NCBI GenBank assembly: GCA_964412165.1 | Contig: CAYPMW010000004.1 | Span: 23,091 to 75,877, forward strand | DNA: 52,787 bases | From: an uncultured Gammaproteobacteria bacterium | GTDB lineage: Bacteria > Patescibacteriota > Microgenomatia > UBA10105 | Direction: 5' to 3' | Shown here: positions 20,956-30,805 of the stretch, piece after piece | Position numbering within the stretch: the stretch's first letter is position 1 | Layout of the letters: each line of letters starts with the position of its first letter | Notes under the pieces: model-generated | Told to the model about the DNA's origin: nothing | The model's database searches: none | The model's input: only the letters and a program-made list of their open reading frames with translations | Made by a program: the position numbers and the translations under genes

Positions 20956-22494
20956 TTATGGATTGCCAAAAATGATTTTTTGTGGCTCCTCTTCTTTCCA
21001 AAAACTGTTGACAACATCTCCGTAAGTCCTCCCCTTACCAGGTCCATACTGCCACATTTCATCATTTTGCGTCAGAGTATGATAGGAGACATTGCCGCCG
21101 GAAAATAACCAGTTTATATCTGGAGCTGATAATTCTTTGAGCATTTGTGATCTCACTAGTTCTAGTCCGATATTATTTGGGCCTGGTTTAGGATCGATGT
21201 TTAGGTGGACGAGTAAAGAGTGATCAATGCTGGAATTTTGGATCAAATGCGGTAGACATAAACCTTTACCATTACAGTTGGTTAAATAAGGGTGAAGTAT
21301 AGCCCCCAAGAAACAGCTACCCGGCGGCTCATTTTTATTTTTTTGCTCTTTTTCACAAGTAGTATTTATCACACTGCCAAAAAAATCATAAGCTTTTACC
21401 AAAACTTGACGACTAGTTTCATCTGATATACCTAGAGGATACTCCAAATTATTGAAGTCAGGAAAGAAACAACCATCAGATAAGAGTTTCAACCTGCCAT
21501 CTTTGGCTGCATTGGGAAAATAATTTATGGCCATTTCGGCGCCGATATTGGCTCCCATACAGCCTGCTGAACCGCCGGTCAATAATATTTTGGTATTTTT
21601 ATTATTATCATCAAGTCCATAAAGCTCCGTCAGACTCTCAAATATGGCTTTGATATTGAGTCTACCAGAAAAATACCATCCATTTGGATCTGCTGAAGTT
21701 TTGCGACGTAAAGAGGTATTGCCACTCCATAGATCAGAAGAACAATAAGATCCATGGACTTTATTGGCATGATAAAATAAGGGATTTATTTTTGGGTCAT
21801 GATTAAAAATTCCACTATTGGAAAACTGGGAAGATTTTTGACCATCAGTACCTGGAAAAGTGGTCGTCAACTTTGGAGCTGACGCTAGACGATCCTGACA
21901 GGATAACGCATTGTCATCGCACATTCCGCCACCCTGAAGATAAATGATCCAAGTATCTGAAGCTAGTTGTGGTTTTTCGACTCTGAAAGCAAAGGGAGTA
22001 CCGTCATTACAACGAGCATCACCCCAACGTGATGGATCTCGCAAGGCAGGTTTTACCAGTTCAGTATCATTTCCTGCGGAATCCTTTTCTCTATCTACAT
22101 CAACTCCATCTTTGTTTACAGTATTGATGCAGTCGCTGATGACTTTTAGGGTGTAGTCATCAGGCAAGTTTTTAGATCTTAACTCTTCCAGAACTTCCTG
22201 GGTTTTATCAGTCCCCATTTCAGCAATGACACAGCTTTTCAATTCTTTTTTTTGAGCAGTCGTGAAATTTCTGTATTCATTTTTCAGAGTATTTAAATTG
22301 ACTTTGGGAAAAAGAGGCGATTTTATTGGTGTCAGAAAGAGGTTTCTAATATTTTGAGAATTGTTCACCACGAATACTCCAATAAGAACTAGCAGAATAA
22401 TAAGTAAGATCCATAAGAATAGATGGTTATGAAAATATTTTTTACTTGAAGGTCTCGTTGATTCAGCGGAATTAGAGTTTTTTTCAGACGGCAT
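20956..22494 (-). CDS. membrane-anchored pectin acetylesterase/Notum-family esterase
   Basis: CNDGTP, WIIYLQGGGMC, YCSSDLWSG, GGSAG, LSDG are the characteristic blocks of the family. Confidence 0.85.
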   Translation of the reverse strand: MPSEKNSNSAESTRPSSKKYFHNHLFLWILLIILLVLIGVFVVNNSQNIRNLFLTPIKSPLFPKVNLNTLKNEYRNFTTAQKKELKSCVIAEMGTDKTQEVLEELRSKNLPDDYTLKVISDCINTVNKDGVDVDREKDSAGNDTELVKPALRDPSRWGDARCNDGTPFAFRVEKPQLASDTWIIYLQGGGMCDDNALSCQDRLASAPKLTTTFPGTDGQKSSQFSNSGIFNHDPKINPLFYHANKVHGSYCSSDLWSGNTSLRRKTSADPNGWYFSGRLNIKAIFESLTELYGLDDNNKNTKILLTGGSAGCMGANIGAEMAINYFPNAAKDGRLKLLSDGCFFPDFNNLEYPLGISDETSRQVLVKAYDFFGSVINTTCEKEQKNKNEPPGSCFLGAILHPYLTNCNGKGLCLPHLIQNSSIDHSLLVHLNIDPKPGPNNIGLELVRSQMLKELSAPDINWLFSGGNVSYHTLTQNDEMWQYGPGKGRTYGDVVNSFWKEEEPQKIIFGNP

Positions 22495-22798
22495 ATTTAG
22501 AAGAATTATATCATGACAAGTTTAATATTTACGATCGTACCTATTTAGAATTTCAGCCAAACTTTTCTTAGACCGGAGTTAATTTAATATAATGGTAACG
22601 AATAAATTTCTTAAACTAAAGACGTTAAAACATCATCATTTTCCTTTTTTGGTCGGAATAATGTATCCAGACGTTCATAAAAGCTGTGCATACGATTCGA
22701 TAATATCAAGAATCTGAAAACATAAACTTACATATATTGGTTCAGAGATTTTCATAGGTGATGTGGTCACTATCAGTGGTTTAATTCGTCTAACAATT

Positions 22799-24703
22799 TT
22801 ACTCTAATTTTTTTAAATACTTAGGCAAATCACGCCGATGGATCACGTCGATAAAGGTACAGCCCTCTTCAGACATTTCAAATAATATACGGTAATTACG
22901 TCCGGCGCGAAGAGTAAGTATCCGACTACCGTTACGGGTCTCCACATATGTCATAATTTTGATGATACCTCCTCCGTTCCGATACTGTACAAATGCCTTC
23001 GTAACTAGATCGGCTACGTGAGGAGAAAAACTACTGGCAATTTCTTCTGCCTTAGTATCAGGGAGTACAAGTCTTGGTCTATGCAATGGTTCATATATTC
23101 GTGATTCAAATCGTGCGCTGGGTGTACTTAAATGAGGTTTTTTGGGTCTTTTATCCTCACTCCGCGGAGTTTTGGCCAGCCCTCTGTCAGGAATTTTGAA
23201 TGAGAGAGAAAGTGGTGTTGGTTCTATTATCGGGGGAGGATTTGGTGTAGCTGCGTTAACATCTTGCGGGATGTGACGCAGGATATTAGCTAAAAACCGT
23301 GCAACAGCTATTCTGATAGTGTCAGATACAACTTCAGAATCAATGACTGAGAAAAACATATCTGCTAAAGGAGCGTCAAGATGATGTGAAACAATAAATT
23401 GTTTTCTTTTTCTGGTACTAATGTCTGAGATCTTTACTGTTACTCTAATATGTGCATCAGTTGGAAAGGAAAGCACTCTGAGTGACTGAATAGCATATGT
23501 AGGTGTAAATATGTAAGACAAGGTAACTAAATCAGCAGGCTCTATTTCAGTGAGCACAAACGGCATAGATTGAGCCGCATTCTCAAGTTCCGCAGGCAGC
23601 CGATCCATGTCTTCATGTGTTAATGGTGTAAAAATATCATTGAGATCTTGGGAGCGAAGCACCCATGGACTCTCTGTATGTGATAAAGCCTCTAACGTCA
23701 ACTCGTACAGTTTTCCAAACCAGGGATCTGCCGATTCTTCTTCCAGTGTTTTAACTCCTATCAACCATGACCGATCATATCCTTGAGGCAAAAAATATTT
23801 AAGTATCTTACCACCGTTGAGTGTTTGTTCTGCTGCTTTTAAAAATTGGACGGCTGCTTCATGATTTGGAAGGTCATCATCAGCAATTGCTTGTATAGTG
23901 TCATAGATAAACGTTTGGAGAATTTGGTGCATCTGTTGATATCTTTTTTTTCTCTTTTTTCTTTCAGTGGGAGTAAGCCCTTTATCAATAATCAGAGGTT
24001 GGCGTCGATTAAATTCATCCTCAACCACGCCTCCTGGAACAGCGCCCGTAAATATCAACATCGTATCAGTTAAAAGTTGATGAGTGTTGTCCTCAGCATC
24101 CAAAACGAGTTGTCTTTGTAACATCGCTGCCATAAGCGTGTATTCGGCTTCATCCAACGTCAGAATATCGTCTGATAACAGCGCGACTTTATGAGCTTTG
24201 TTTCCAAACGCGCGATTGTATATGCTGGTGAAGACATCATAAAGAGTGATCGGACGGGTATCGGAGTAATTGGGAAAGACACTTCGATAAAACTTTTGAG
24301 GAGCGGTAGAGGTAGAAGCAGGTAAAAGAGGTGCCAAGTCTGTAAAAAAAACATGCGGTCGCGTTAGCCAAGCTGGTAGTGAAGATAGCGCTTCAAAAGG
24401 GTAATTGCCAGGATCAGGTTTGATACCGGTAAAAAACGTATCTGCCCTTGCCCATGAATGCTGTAGCATATCCACAAGTTTAAAAGAACTTGTATAAGTG
24501 GGGTCGGAGGAACGAACTGAAGTCACTTGATGTAACACTTTGGCAGTCTCTGTAATTTTAATGTATGCAGTTTTCTGGCTGGGGGTAAGCAGCTTAAAGA
24601 ATGCGTCAAATTGAGCTTTGCGTACGTCAGATTCGTCTGTTGATCCACCGCCTCCGTCGTCGTCGTGGCTTCTCAGAAACCTTTCTTTATGTGGCCAGAG
24701 CAT
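22799..24703 (-). CDS. large hypothetical protein with C-terminal RelE/ParE-like domain
   Basis: C-terminus LTLRAGRNYRILFEMSEEGCTFIDVIHRRDL resembles the RelE LRxGxYRI...HR pattern; TATAAT 8 nt upstream. Confidence 0.65.
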   Translation of the reverse strand: MLWPHKERFLRSHDDDGGGGSTDESDVRKAQFDAFFKLLTPSQKTAYIKITETAKVLHQVTSVRSSDPTYTSSFKLVDMLQHSWARADTFFTGIKPDPGNYPFEALSSLPAWLTRPHVFFTDLAPLLPASTSTAPQKFYRSVFPNYSDTRPITLYDVFTSIYNRAFGNKAHKVALLSDDILTLDEAEYTLMAAMLQRQLVLDAEDNTHQLLTDTMLIFTGAVPGGVVEDEFNRRQPLIIDKGLTPTERKKRKKRYQQMHQILQTFIYDTIQAIADDDLPNHEAAVQFLKAAEQTLNGGKILKYFLPQGYDRSWLIGVKTLEEESADPWFGKLYELTLEALSHTESPWVLRSQDLNDIFTPLTHEDMDRLPAELENAAQSMPFVLTEIEPADLVTLSYIFTPTYAIQSLRVLSFPTDAHIRVTVKISDISTRKRKQFIVSHHLDAPLADMFFSVIDSEVVSDTIRIAVARFLANILRHIPQDVNAATPNPPPIIEPTPLSLSFKIPDRGLAKTPRSEDKRPKKPHLSTPSARFESRIYEPLHRPRLVLPDTKAEEIASSFSPHVADLVTKAFVQYRNGGGIIKIMTYVETRNGSRILTLRAGRNYRILFEMSEEGCTFIDVIHRRDLPKYLKKLE

Positions 24704-24811
24704 ATCGTATTATTATATCCACATAATCAAATTTGAGAGAGATTTACCAATTTTCTTATATTCAGAAGCATCGAGTTTCAGAATCCTACAGGATAGGGTG
24801 AAAATACTACC

Positions 24812-24839
24812 TTGACTTTAGCGTATAAAGACCTATAAT
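24812..24839 (+). promoter_or_regulatory. sigma70-type promoter
   Basis: TTGACT-N16-TATAAT, 8 nt before ATG 24848. Confidence 0.65.
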
Positions 24840-24847
24840 AATGGTAT

Positions 24848-25582
24848 ATGGCTACAACTGAAGCTCGAGCTGAACGAACTAAACCTCCTGAAGCACAGGC
24901 TGAAAACGCGTGGCAACAATTTGCCCAAGAATTATTAGTTTTGAACCACAATACTGCTGAAGCAGAACGAACTGACGCTGCCGCAACTCGGGTAAAATTG
25001 ATTCAAAGCGGCTGGGATATCTTGAAACCTCACGTGCTGCTGAGACGACTCGACACCAGGTGGCGTGGACGCGATGCCGGACCGATGGTAGACCGGACTG
25101 CCCGGATGTTTGCCGATCTGACCGTTGGGGCTGTTTTCACCGGAATTGATCTTTTAGATGCTGGATTTGAAACTGCTAACCTAACGCCTGTTACTGCTGC
25201 ACTTGCTGCTGGGTGGGAATATATGTCTGATACGGCTTTAGATGGATTTGCGAACTGGATGGGAAGAAAAGCCACCGGTATTGAAAATTTTGAATATGCG
25301 TCGCGATTTTCCAAGTGGTTAAGCAGGGGGATAAATCTTGTCCCGGTAGTACGGCAATTTGTTGATTCGGTAAATACTGAGTCAGTTTTTAGAGCTTTCG
25401 GTGAAGTGCCGATACTCGGAATCCCTGTAGAAAGGGCGTATGAGTGGGGCAATCAATACGTTGACAACTTATCCAAAGATGCCCAGGGGAAATGGTACGA
25501 AGGGCTTATCTTGGCCATGGGTGGAGGCTATGCGAAAAAGCGCTGGCAGACAAATCCGGCTCCAGCAGAAGCCGGAGCATAA
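24848..25582 (+). CDS. hypothetical protein
   Basis: 244-aa ORF with a clear promoter. Confidence 0.8.
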   Translation: MATTEARAERTKPPEAQAENAWQQFAQELLVLNHNTAEAERTDAAATRVKLIQSGWDILKPHVLLRRLDTRWRGRDAGPMVDRTARMFADLTVGAVFTGIDLLDAGFETANLTPVTAALAAGWEYMSDTALDGFANWMGRKATGIENFEYASRFSKWLSRGINLVPVVRQFVDSVNTESVFRAFGEVPILGIPVERAYEWGNQYVDNLSKDAQGKWYEGLILAMGGGYAKKRWQTNPAPAEAGA

Positions 25583-25591
25583 TCGCAAGAG

Positions 25592-25909
25592 ATGGATAAT
25601 ATCAACCGCTATAAACAAGCAGTCTTAAACAGTACTCTCCTTAATCAGTACGAAAAAGCAAGCATGCTTGACGGCGCACAAGAATTTCCCGAAGAGTTTC
25701 TATCCCAGATGATTGTTATGCTTCAGGCCTTTGACGCGCGCTCACTCGAACGTAGAAAAGAGTACTTGGCAAAAATTTCAGATGCATTTAAAACTTACCG
25801 GGAGACGATAAATAAAATTCAAGGATTATCTGAAGTCACACGCAAAAAGTATTTGGAAAAAGCCGATATCCTTGAGAAAGCAATTGTTGGTCAATTCACT
25901 CAAGCGTAA
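25592..25909 (+). CDS. hypothetical helical protein
   Basis: 105-aa ORF 9 nt downstream of the previous gene; probable operon. Confidence 0.75.
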   Translation: MDNINRYKQAVLNSTLLNQYEKASMLDGAQEFPEEFLSQMIVMLQAFDARSLERRKEYLAKISDAFKTYRETINKIQGLSEVTRKKYLEKADILEKAIVGQFTQA

Positions 25910-25950
25910 ATAAATACGTTTGTCACCAAGGCTGTAAAGTCTTCATCTTT

Positions 25951-26106
25951 AATTGGCTTGATGTGACTTATTCAGAACGGCCAGTATTATCATTAAATAT
26001 TTTACGTGGAGAAAACCACACGCCTGAGGAGTTAGCACCAAGAATTCAGTTAATGGTAGACCGTGTAAATGATGTACTTACTGTCCTGGTTACGAGTAGA
26101 CTTTAA
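25951..26106 (+). pseudogene. 3' remnant of a paralog of the 36138-36701 gene
   Basis: Reads NWLDVTYSERPVLSLNILRG...MVDRVNDVL versus AWLNVTNPDQPILSFNLLGG...MIDRVNEVL; no start. Confidence 0.7.
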
Positions 26107-26164
26107 AACTATAATTTCAACTACAGTAAATCACTTTTTTAACTTAAATTTCCACACTGCTTGG

Positions 26165-26872
26165 TCATGTAGGCGATGACTCTCCTACGTCATCCTTAAA
26201 CCTCACTTCGCCGCTTAAAGCATCAATGTAATACGTCCGTGTTTTCACCGGGCGGCCGGTCTTATTGAAAAAATGGTTTACAAACCACATGGGTTTCTGC
26301 CGCGATACAAAGATGATATTTGAAAGCATCGGCGATAGACCGTCACGGTTCCCTCTCGCTTCAGCTAGTTCCAGGGCTTTCTCAGCAGTGATTTTGACGG
26401 GTTTTAACGGTGTGATGACCCCAAATTCCTCTGGAACAGATTCGTACTGAGTGGTTGCAATATTGAATAAATAGGAATCGAAGTAACTGCTGTAATTTAT
26501 CGTGACACTAGCTTCAAGAAGCGAATGCCTGGCTACGAATGAAATGACAAATCCCTTTAACGGACCGTTTACTTCTTTAAGCGTTACGGCAAATTTGTAG
26601 AAACGGGGTTCTGGTATAACTTGGGCGGCAAGTGACAAAGCTTTTTCGTAAATTTCCTCAGGAAGTTTCTTAGTTAAGAAATGATATTTAGGGGTATCTG
26701 GTAAATCATCCTCACTTTTTTTTATGCGGGAGTACTTATTGGGAGTTTTATCAACCAAGTTAAATAAATCCTTAAATTCTTTATCCAGGGATTTGCCTTT
26801 TTTATGCCGTTGTATGATCAGAATTATCCAAACAATTACGATTATGAAAATCAGCAAATTAGAAATACTCAT
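26165..26872 (-). CDS. membrane-anchored protein with PepSY-like C-terminus
   Basis: N-terminal TM; ITAEKALELA...WFV...YYIDALSGEV. Confidence 0.7.
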   Translation of the reverse strand: MSISNLLIFIIVIVWIILIIQRHKKGKSLDKEFKDLFNLVDKTPNKYSRIKKSEDDLPDTPKYHFLTKKLPEEIYEKALSLAAQVIPEPRFYKFAVTLKEVNGPLKGFVISFVARHSLLEASVTINYSSYFDSYLFNIATTQYESVPEEFGVITPLKPVKITAEKALELAEARGNRDGLSPMLSNIIFVSRQKPMWFVNHFFNKTGRPVKTRTYYIDALSGEVRFKDDVGESSPT

Positions 26873-26996
26873 ACGATGAAATTAATTAATACACGATCTA
26901 GTTTATTTTAGCTTATATCATGCCATGAGTATAATCAAATGGTGACATTTTAATAAACTTTCTCTAAGGCGAGCGTATCTGATACAATGACGCCTA

Positions 26997-27554
26997 ATGG
27001 TTCTAGAACAAAGATTACCGAGTTCCGAAGCCGGTCGTTTTAGTGGCATAGTCAGAAGCCTACAGGAAACCGACTTGCCCCAACTGCGGCCAATTCTTGA
27101 AACGTGGATGAGAGATAGTAAAACTCACGAACTAGAAAGAGAAGAAGTTGAAGAAACGCTTAAACGCATGCAAGAAAGCCTTACCGGAGATAATGATCGG
27201 AAATATTTTGTAGCAGAAGAAACGGATGGAAGGATCATTGGAGTCATCGGTATGATTAGACCTGGTGAAGTGATGCAACAGTTTGCTACTACCAATAATC
27301 CGATTGAATTGGTGAATGCGTTTGTTGCCATGGACAAACGGCGTGGTCAAGGTGTAGGCAGGGCTCTCGTTGCAGCATTGGAGACTGAAGCTAAAAGGCG
27401 CGGGATTACAGAAATAGTTCTAAACAGCGGATCGCGATATGAGGAGTTCGGCTGGGGATTTTACGACCGGTTAGAAGGGTACTCACGAGTGGGTGTTGCG
27501 AAAAATCTTTACGGTCCGGGTTTTGATGCTCAAGTATGGAGGAAGATTTTATAA
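26997..27554 (+). CDS. GNAT family N-acetyltransferase
   Basis: FVAMDKRRGQGVGRALV acetyl-CoA motif A; GFYDRL. Confidence 0.9.
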   Translation: MVLEQRLPSSEAGRFSGIVRSLQETDLPQLRPILETWMRDSKTHELEREEVEETLKRMQESLTGDNDRKYFVAEETDGRIIGVIGMIRPGEVMQQFATTNNPIELVNAFVAMDKRRGQGVGRALVAALETEAKRRGITEIVLNSGSRYEEFGWGFYDRLEGYSRVGVAKNLYGPGFDAQVWRKIL

Positions 27555-27723
27555 CTTTCCGTACCTGGGTAGAACATTAAAATATGTAATATTAAGATGA
27601 TACAATACTCCGCCTCACTCCCGGGGTAAAAAGGATTAACTCTTATAAATAATTTTGGAGTCGAGAATTTATTGAGGGAATGATGCAGTTTAGAATAGGT
27701 TATTAATGAAGCATAATGTAAAC

Positions 27724-27752
27724 TTGACAATGAGACCTATAGTTCTTATAAT
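27724..27752 (+). promoter_or_regulatory. consensus sigma70 promoter
   Basis: TTGACA-N17-TATAAT upstream of ORF 27811. Confidence 0.8.
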
Positions 27753-27810
27753 GGTACGGTATTAATAGGTGTTCTACAAATTGGGTGGATACTGATATAA
27801 ATCCATATTT

Positions 27811-28680
27811 ATGACACAAAGTCCTAACCCTGAAATGGGCAACAATTTTCTTAGTCAAGCTTTACGAGAATCTCAGCTGTACAGAGCCCGCATACTTGGT
27901 GATATACGCAGTTTAAATAGTGATCCACATACGAACTTAGTAGCTTATAGAGATCTACTCGTTCCAGTCGCACCTACGGTTTTTGAAACTTATGGTCTTG
28001 AAATACGTCCTGAGGCTTTAGATGAAAATGGAAGGCAAAGGCTTATATTTCGTGACGACAGAACTGATCATGTTGTATTTTTTGCCGAAGTAAAGGTTGG
28101 TGATTTTATGGGACGTAGAAAAACAGAATATATTTCAGTGGTACCCTATAGACCAACAGGCGCGTCTGCGTACACAGTTCTTGATTCACGACAACATACC
28201 CCCGAAGAAATGGTCAAACAGATAATTAAGGAGAGTGGACTTGGATTAGTTGAAGGTGATGTAGCGGGTAATCAGCAAAAAATAGCCCAAATCGGAGATA
28301 GAGCCGATCAAGCTCTACAAATAGCGCTATTAAACGATAATCCTAGAGGTAATAGTGCGAAATATATAGATTTACTTGCTGAGGCAGTTACAATATACTT
28401 TGCTAGAAGATTTCGACCTGATGTAAATATTGAGAAAGAGGAAGCAGATAGATTTATAGTCATTAGCAAAGAAGGGATTGTGTTATTTGTGAAAGTTGTA
28501 ATTATAACAGGATTTACACCACGGCCATATATCGCTGTAAATCCTATTAAGCCTGATGGCGAATCAACTGGATTAGTCATTGATAGTCGAGATTATTCTT
28601 GGGACGAGATGATTACTCGTTGTATGGAGGAAGTATACAATCCGCATAGAATCTATTTTGAAACTGATGATGGAGTATGA
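27811..28680 (+). CDS. hypothetical protein with internal duplication
   Basis: YISVVPYRPTGASAYTVLDSRQHTPEEM versus YIAVNPIKPDGESTGLVIDSRDYSWDEM. Confidence 0.75.
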   Translation: MTQSPNPEMGNNFLSQALRESQLYRARILGDIRSLNSDPHTNLVAYRDLLVPVAPTVFETYGLEIRPEALDENGRQRLIFRDDRTDHVVFFAEVKVGDFMGRRKTEYISVVPYRPTGASAYTVLDSRQHTPEEMVKQIIKESGLGLVEGDVAGNQQKIAQIGDRADQALQIALLNDNPRGNSAKYIDLLAEAVTIYFARRFRPDVNIEKEEADRFIVISKEGIVLFVKVVIITGFTPRPYIAVNPIKPDGESTGLVIDSRDYSWDEMITRCMEEVYNPHRIYFETDDGV

Positions 28681-29106
28681 TTTCTTAAAGTTTACTTTAA
28701 TAAATCCCTTCAAGTCTTCGATCTTATAAAGTTTGAATATAAATTAATTAATTAAAATAATATTTCCCGCCAGGATCTAGTATCATTTATCAGTGATCCC
28801 GCCTGTTTTTTTAAGAAAAAGCACTGCCGTAATAATCCGCCTCAATCCCGGGGTGAATATTAACGAATCGGGGATAACGAATCGGGGACGGGGAGGGGTT
28901 GGATTGTATTTGCTTCCTAATTTAAGTAATTATTGTCGATGAATGATATATGAAGAGATATGAATTGATTTGTAAAAGCATTACTCATAAAAAAATAGGT
29001 GAAAATAGTTTATTGTGAAGCTCTATCCGCACCCCGTCCCCTTATACTTATACCGAAAAGACGAATTGATTTTTTATTGTTATGATGCTATTATTGATGA
29101 CCTTAT

Positions 29107-30555
29107 ATGAATAAATTAAAATTTCGGGCACACATATTGTGGCTGGTTTTTTTCACCTTCTGTGTTGTGGTAAGTAGTTTTCCAATATCCTTGCGTAGCT
29201 ATAGTTTGATTGAGAAAGCATGGGCCTCCGAATCATTGGACTCGAAAATACTAGTAAGCTCATTTGTCGGAGGAAAAAAGAATGATGTTGGAAGAGGAAT
29301 TGCAGTTGATGTAAACGGCAATGTTTACTCCTCTTTACTTGTCTGTTCTGCAAAGTATTGTGATACTCAAGTGAATAAATTTGATCCTATTCGAAAAAAA
29401 TACCTTTACAAACGCATCTTACACGGTAGTAAAACTGATGATCCACTGGCTATGACAGTTGATAACTTTGGCAACGCTTATATTGTCGGATCTACCAATT
29501 CGGTCGATTTCCCCGTTATTAACGCCTACCAACCTATTTACGGCGGAGGGCAAAAAGACGCGTTTATCACCAAATTAGACCAAAATGGCAATCTTCTCTT
29601 TAGCACTTTTTTGGGAGGCACTGGCACGGATGAGATAGTAGATGTTACCCTTGATGATAAGGGTAATATTTACCTTACCGGAAGCACAAATTCATCCAAC
29701 TTCCCAACCCGAAACCCTTTTCAGGCAATTTTTGCCGGTGGTCCTTACGACGGTTTCCTAACTACATTTAATGACGCTGGTTCTATTTTAATTTATAGTA
29801 CGTATTTGGGTGGGGAAGATTCAGATGTCAGTACCGGCGTAGCTTTGGATACAACCGGCCATATTTATCTTACGGGCAACACTTTTTCTCACGAATTTCC
29901 AACCCAAAATCCTTACCAAGCAAATCTGAAGGGTGACGAAGATGCATTTATTACTAAATTTTCGCCATCTGCCAGTTCACTTATATTTAGTACATATTTT
30001 GGCGGCTCCGACTATGACGCCACTTACAAAATAATTACCGATAATGAGGGTAACGCATATGTTTCAGGCACCGCATATTCACTGGACCTGCCCTTGGTAA
30101 ATCCTATCCAAGGAAGGGCAGGAAATTCTGTACTGAATCCGGATATTTTCATCAGCGAAATCTCTGCAGATGGACAAATGCTGGTTTTCAGTACTTATTT
30201 CGGAGGTTTAGACGACGATGCAGGTTCCCATATAGCTTTGGATTCTAAGAATAATATTTACGTTACCGGCAATACGAATGCGGTTGACTTTCCTCTCTTA
30301 AATCCCACCCAATCCAGCTTTGGAGGTTACATCGATGGCATTATATTAAAAATTTCTTCGGCAAAGGAATTAGTTTTTAGTACTTACGTTGGAGGTTCTT
30401 CCTGGGACGATACATTTGACATGGTAGTCCGCCCGAATTTAATAATTACAACAGGCCAAACACAGTCTCCTGATTTTCCATTGGTAAAACCTTTTGATTC
30501 TAAGTTCGAAGGAAATTCAGAAGGCCACCTGATTATGGTTACGTTGGAAAATTAA
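29107..30555 (+). CDS. SBBP beta-propeller repeat surface protein
   Basis: Repeated D..GN.Y.TG.T.S.DFP and D.FITK...L.FST.FGG units; N-terminal TM/signal. Confidence 0.9.
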   Translation: MNKLKFRAHILWLVFFTFCVVVSSFPISLRSYSLIEKAWASESLDSKILVSSFVGGKKNDVGRGIAVDVNGNVYSSLLVCSAKYCDTQVNKFDPIRKKYLYKRILHGSKTDDPLAMTVDNFGNAYIVGSTNSVDFPVINAYQPIYGGGQKDAFITKLDQNGNLLFSTFLGGTGTDEIVDVTLDDKGNIYLTGSTNSSNFPTRNPFQAIFAGGPYDGFLTTFNDAGSILIYSTYLGGEDSDVSTGVALDTTGHIYLTGNTFSHEFPTQNPYQANLKGDEDAFITKFSPSASSLIFSTYFGGSDYDATYKIITDNEGNAYVSGTAYSLDLPLVNPIQGRAGNSVLNPDIFISEISADGQMLVFSTYFGGLDDDAGSHIALDSKNNIYVTGNTNAVDFPLLNPTQSSFGGYIDGIILKISSAKELVFSTYVGGSSWDDTFDMVVRPNLIITTGQTQSPDFPLVKPFDSKFEGNSEGHLIMVTLEN

Positions 30556-30567
30556 TCTGAGCGACTT

Positions 30568-30597
30568 AAAGTTTCCACCTTTTAGGTGGAGTAGTTG
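30568..30597. mobile_element. orphan IS200/IS605-family-like end hairpin
   Basis: Minus strand CAACTACTCCACCTAAAAGGTGGAAACTTT; 7-bp stem TCCACCT/AGGTGGA. Confidence 0.5.
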
Positions 30598-30722
30598 TTT
30601 CCTCGTCTCAGATCCTATCTATTTCAATAGTTCGAACAATTGAACTAATAACGAATAATCTTCACTCAGAGAAAACATTAATAGTACATGTAAGAGAAGC
30701 GAAAAAATTCCGGTTGAGATAT

Positions 30723-30751
30723 TTGATTTCCAATATTTATGTCTTTATAAT
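30723..30751 (+). promoter_or_regulatory. sigma70-type promoter
   Basis: TTGATT-N17-TATAAT upstream of 30806. Confidence 0.6.
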
Positions 30752-30805
30752 CACATCCAAACGTGGGATGAAAGATTTTTGTTAACTGCCAAGTTAAAGG
30801 AATAA

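Noticed and set aside
28740-28830. KKQAGSLIND on the minus strand as a prepilin leader remnant
   Set aside because: No GF/GxxxxE motif and no hydrophobic helix follows.
28861-28888. CGAATCGGGG matching the tRNA-Trp T-arm, as an att site
   Set aside because: Only 10 bp, part of a 14-bp tandem microrepeat, lacks the acceptor-strand sequence, and no integrase is present.
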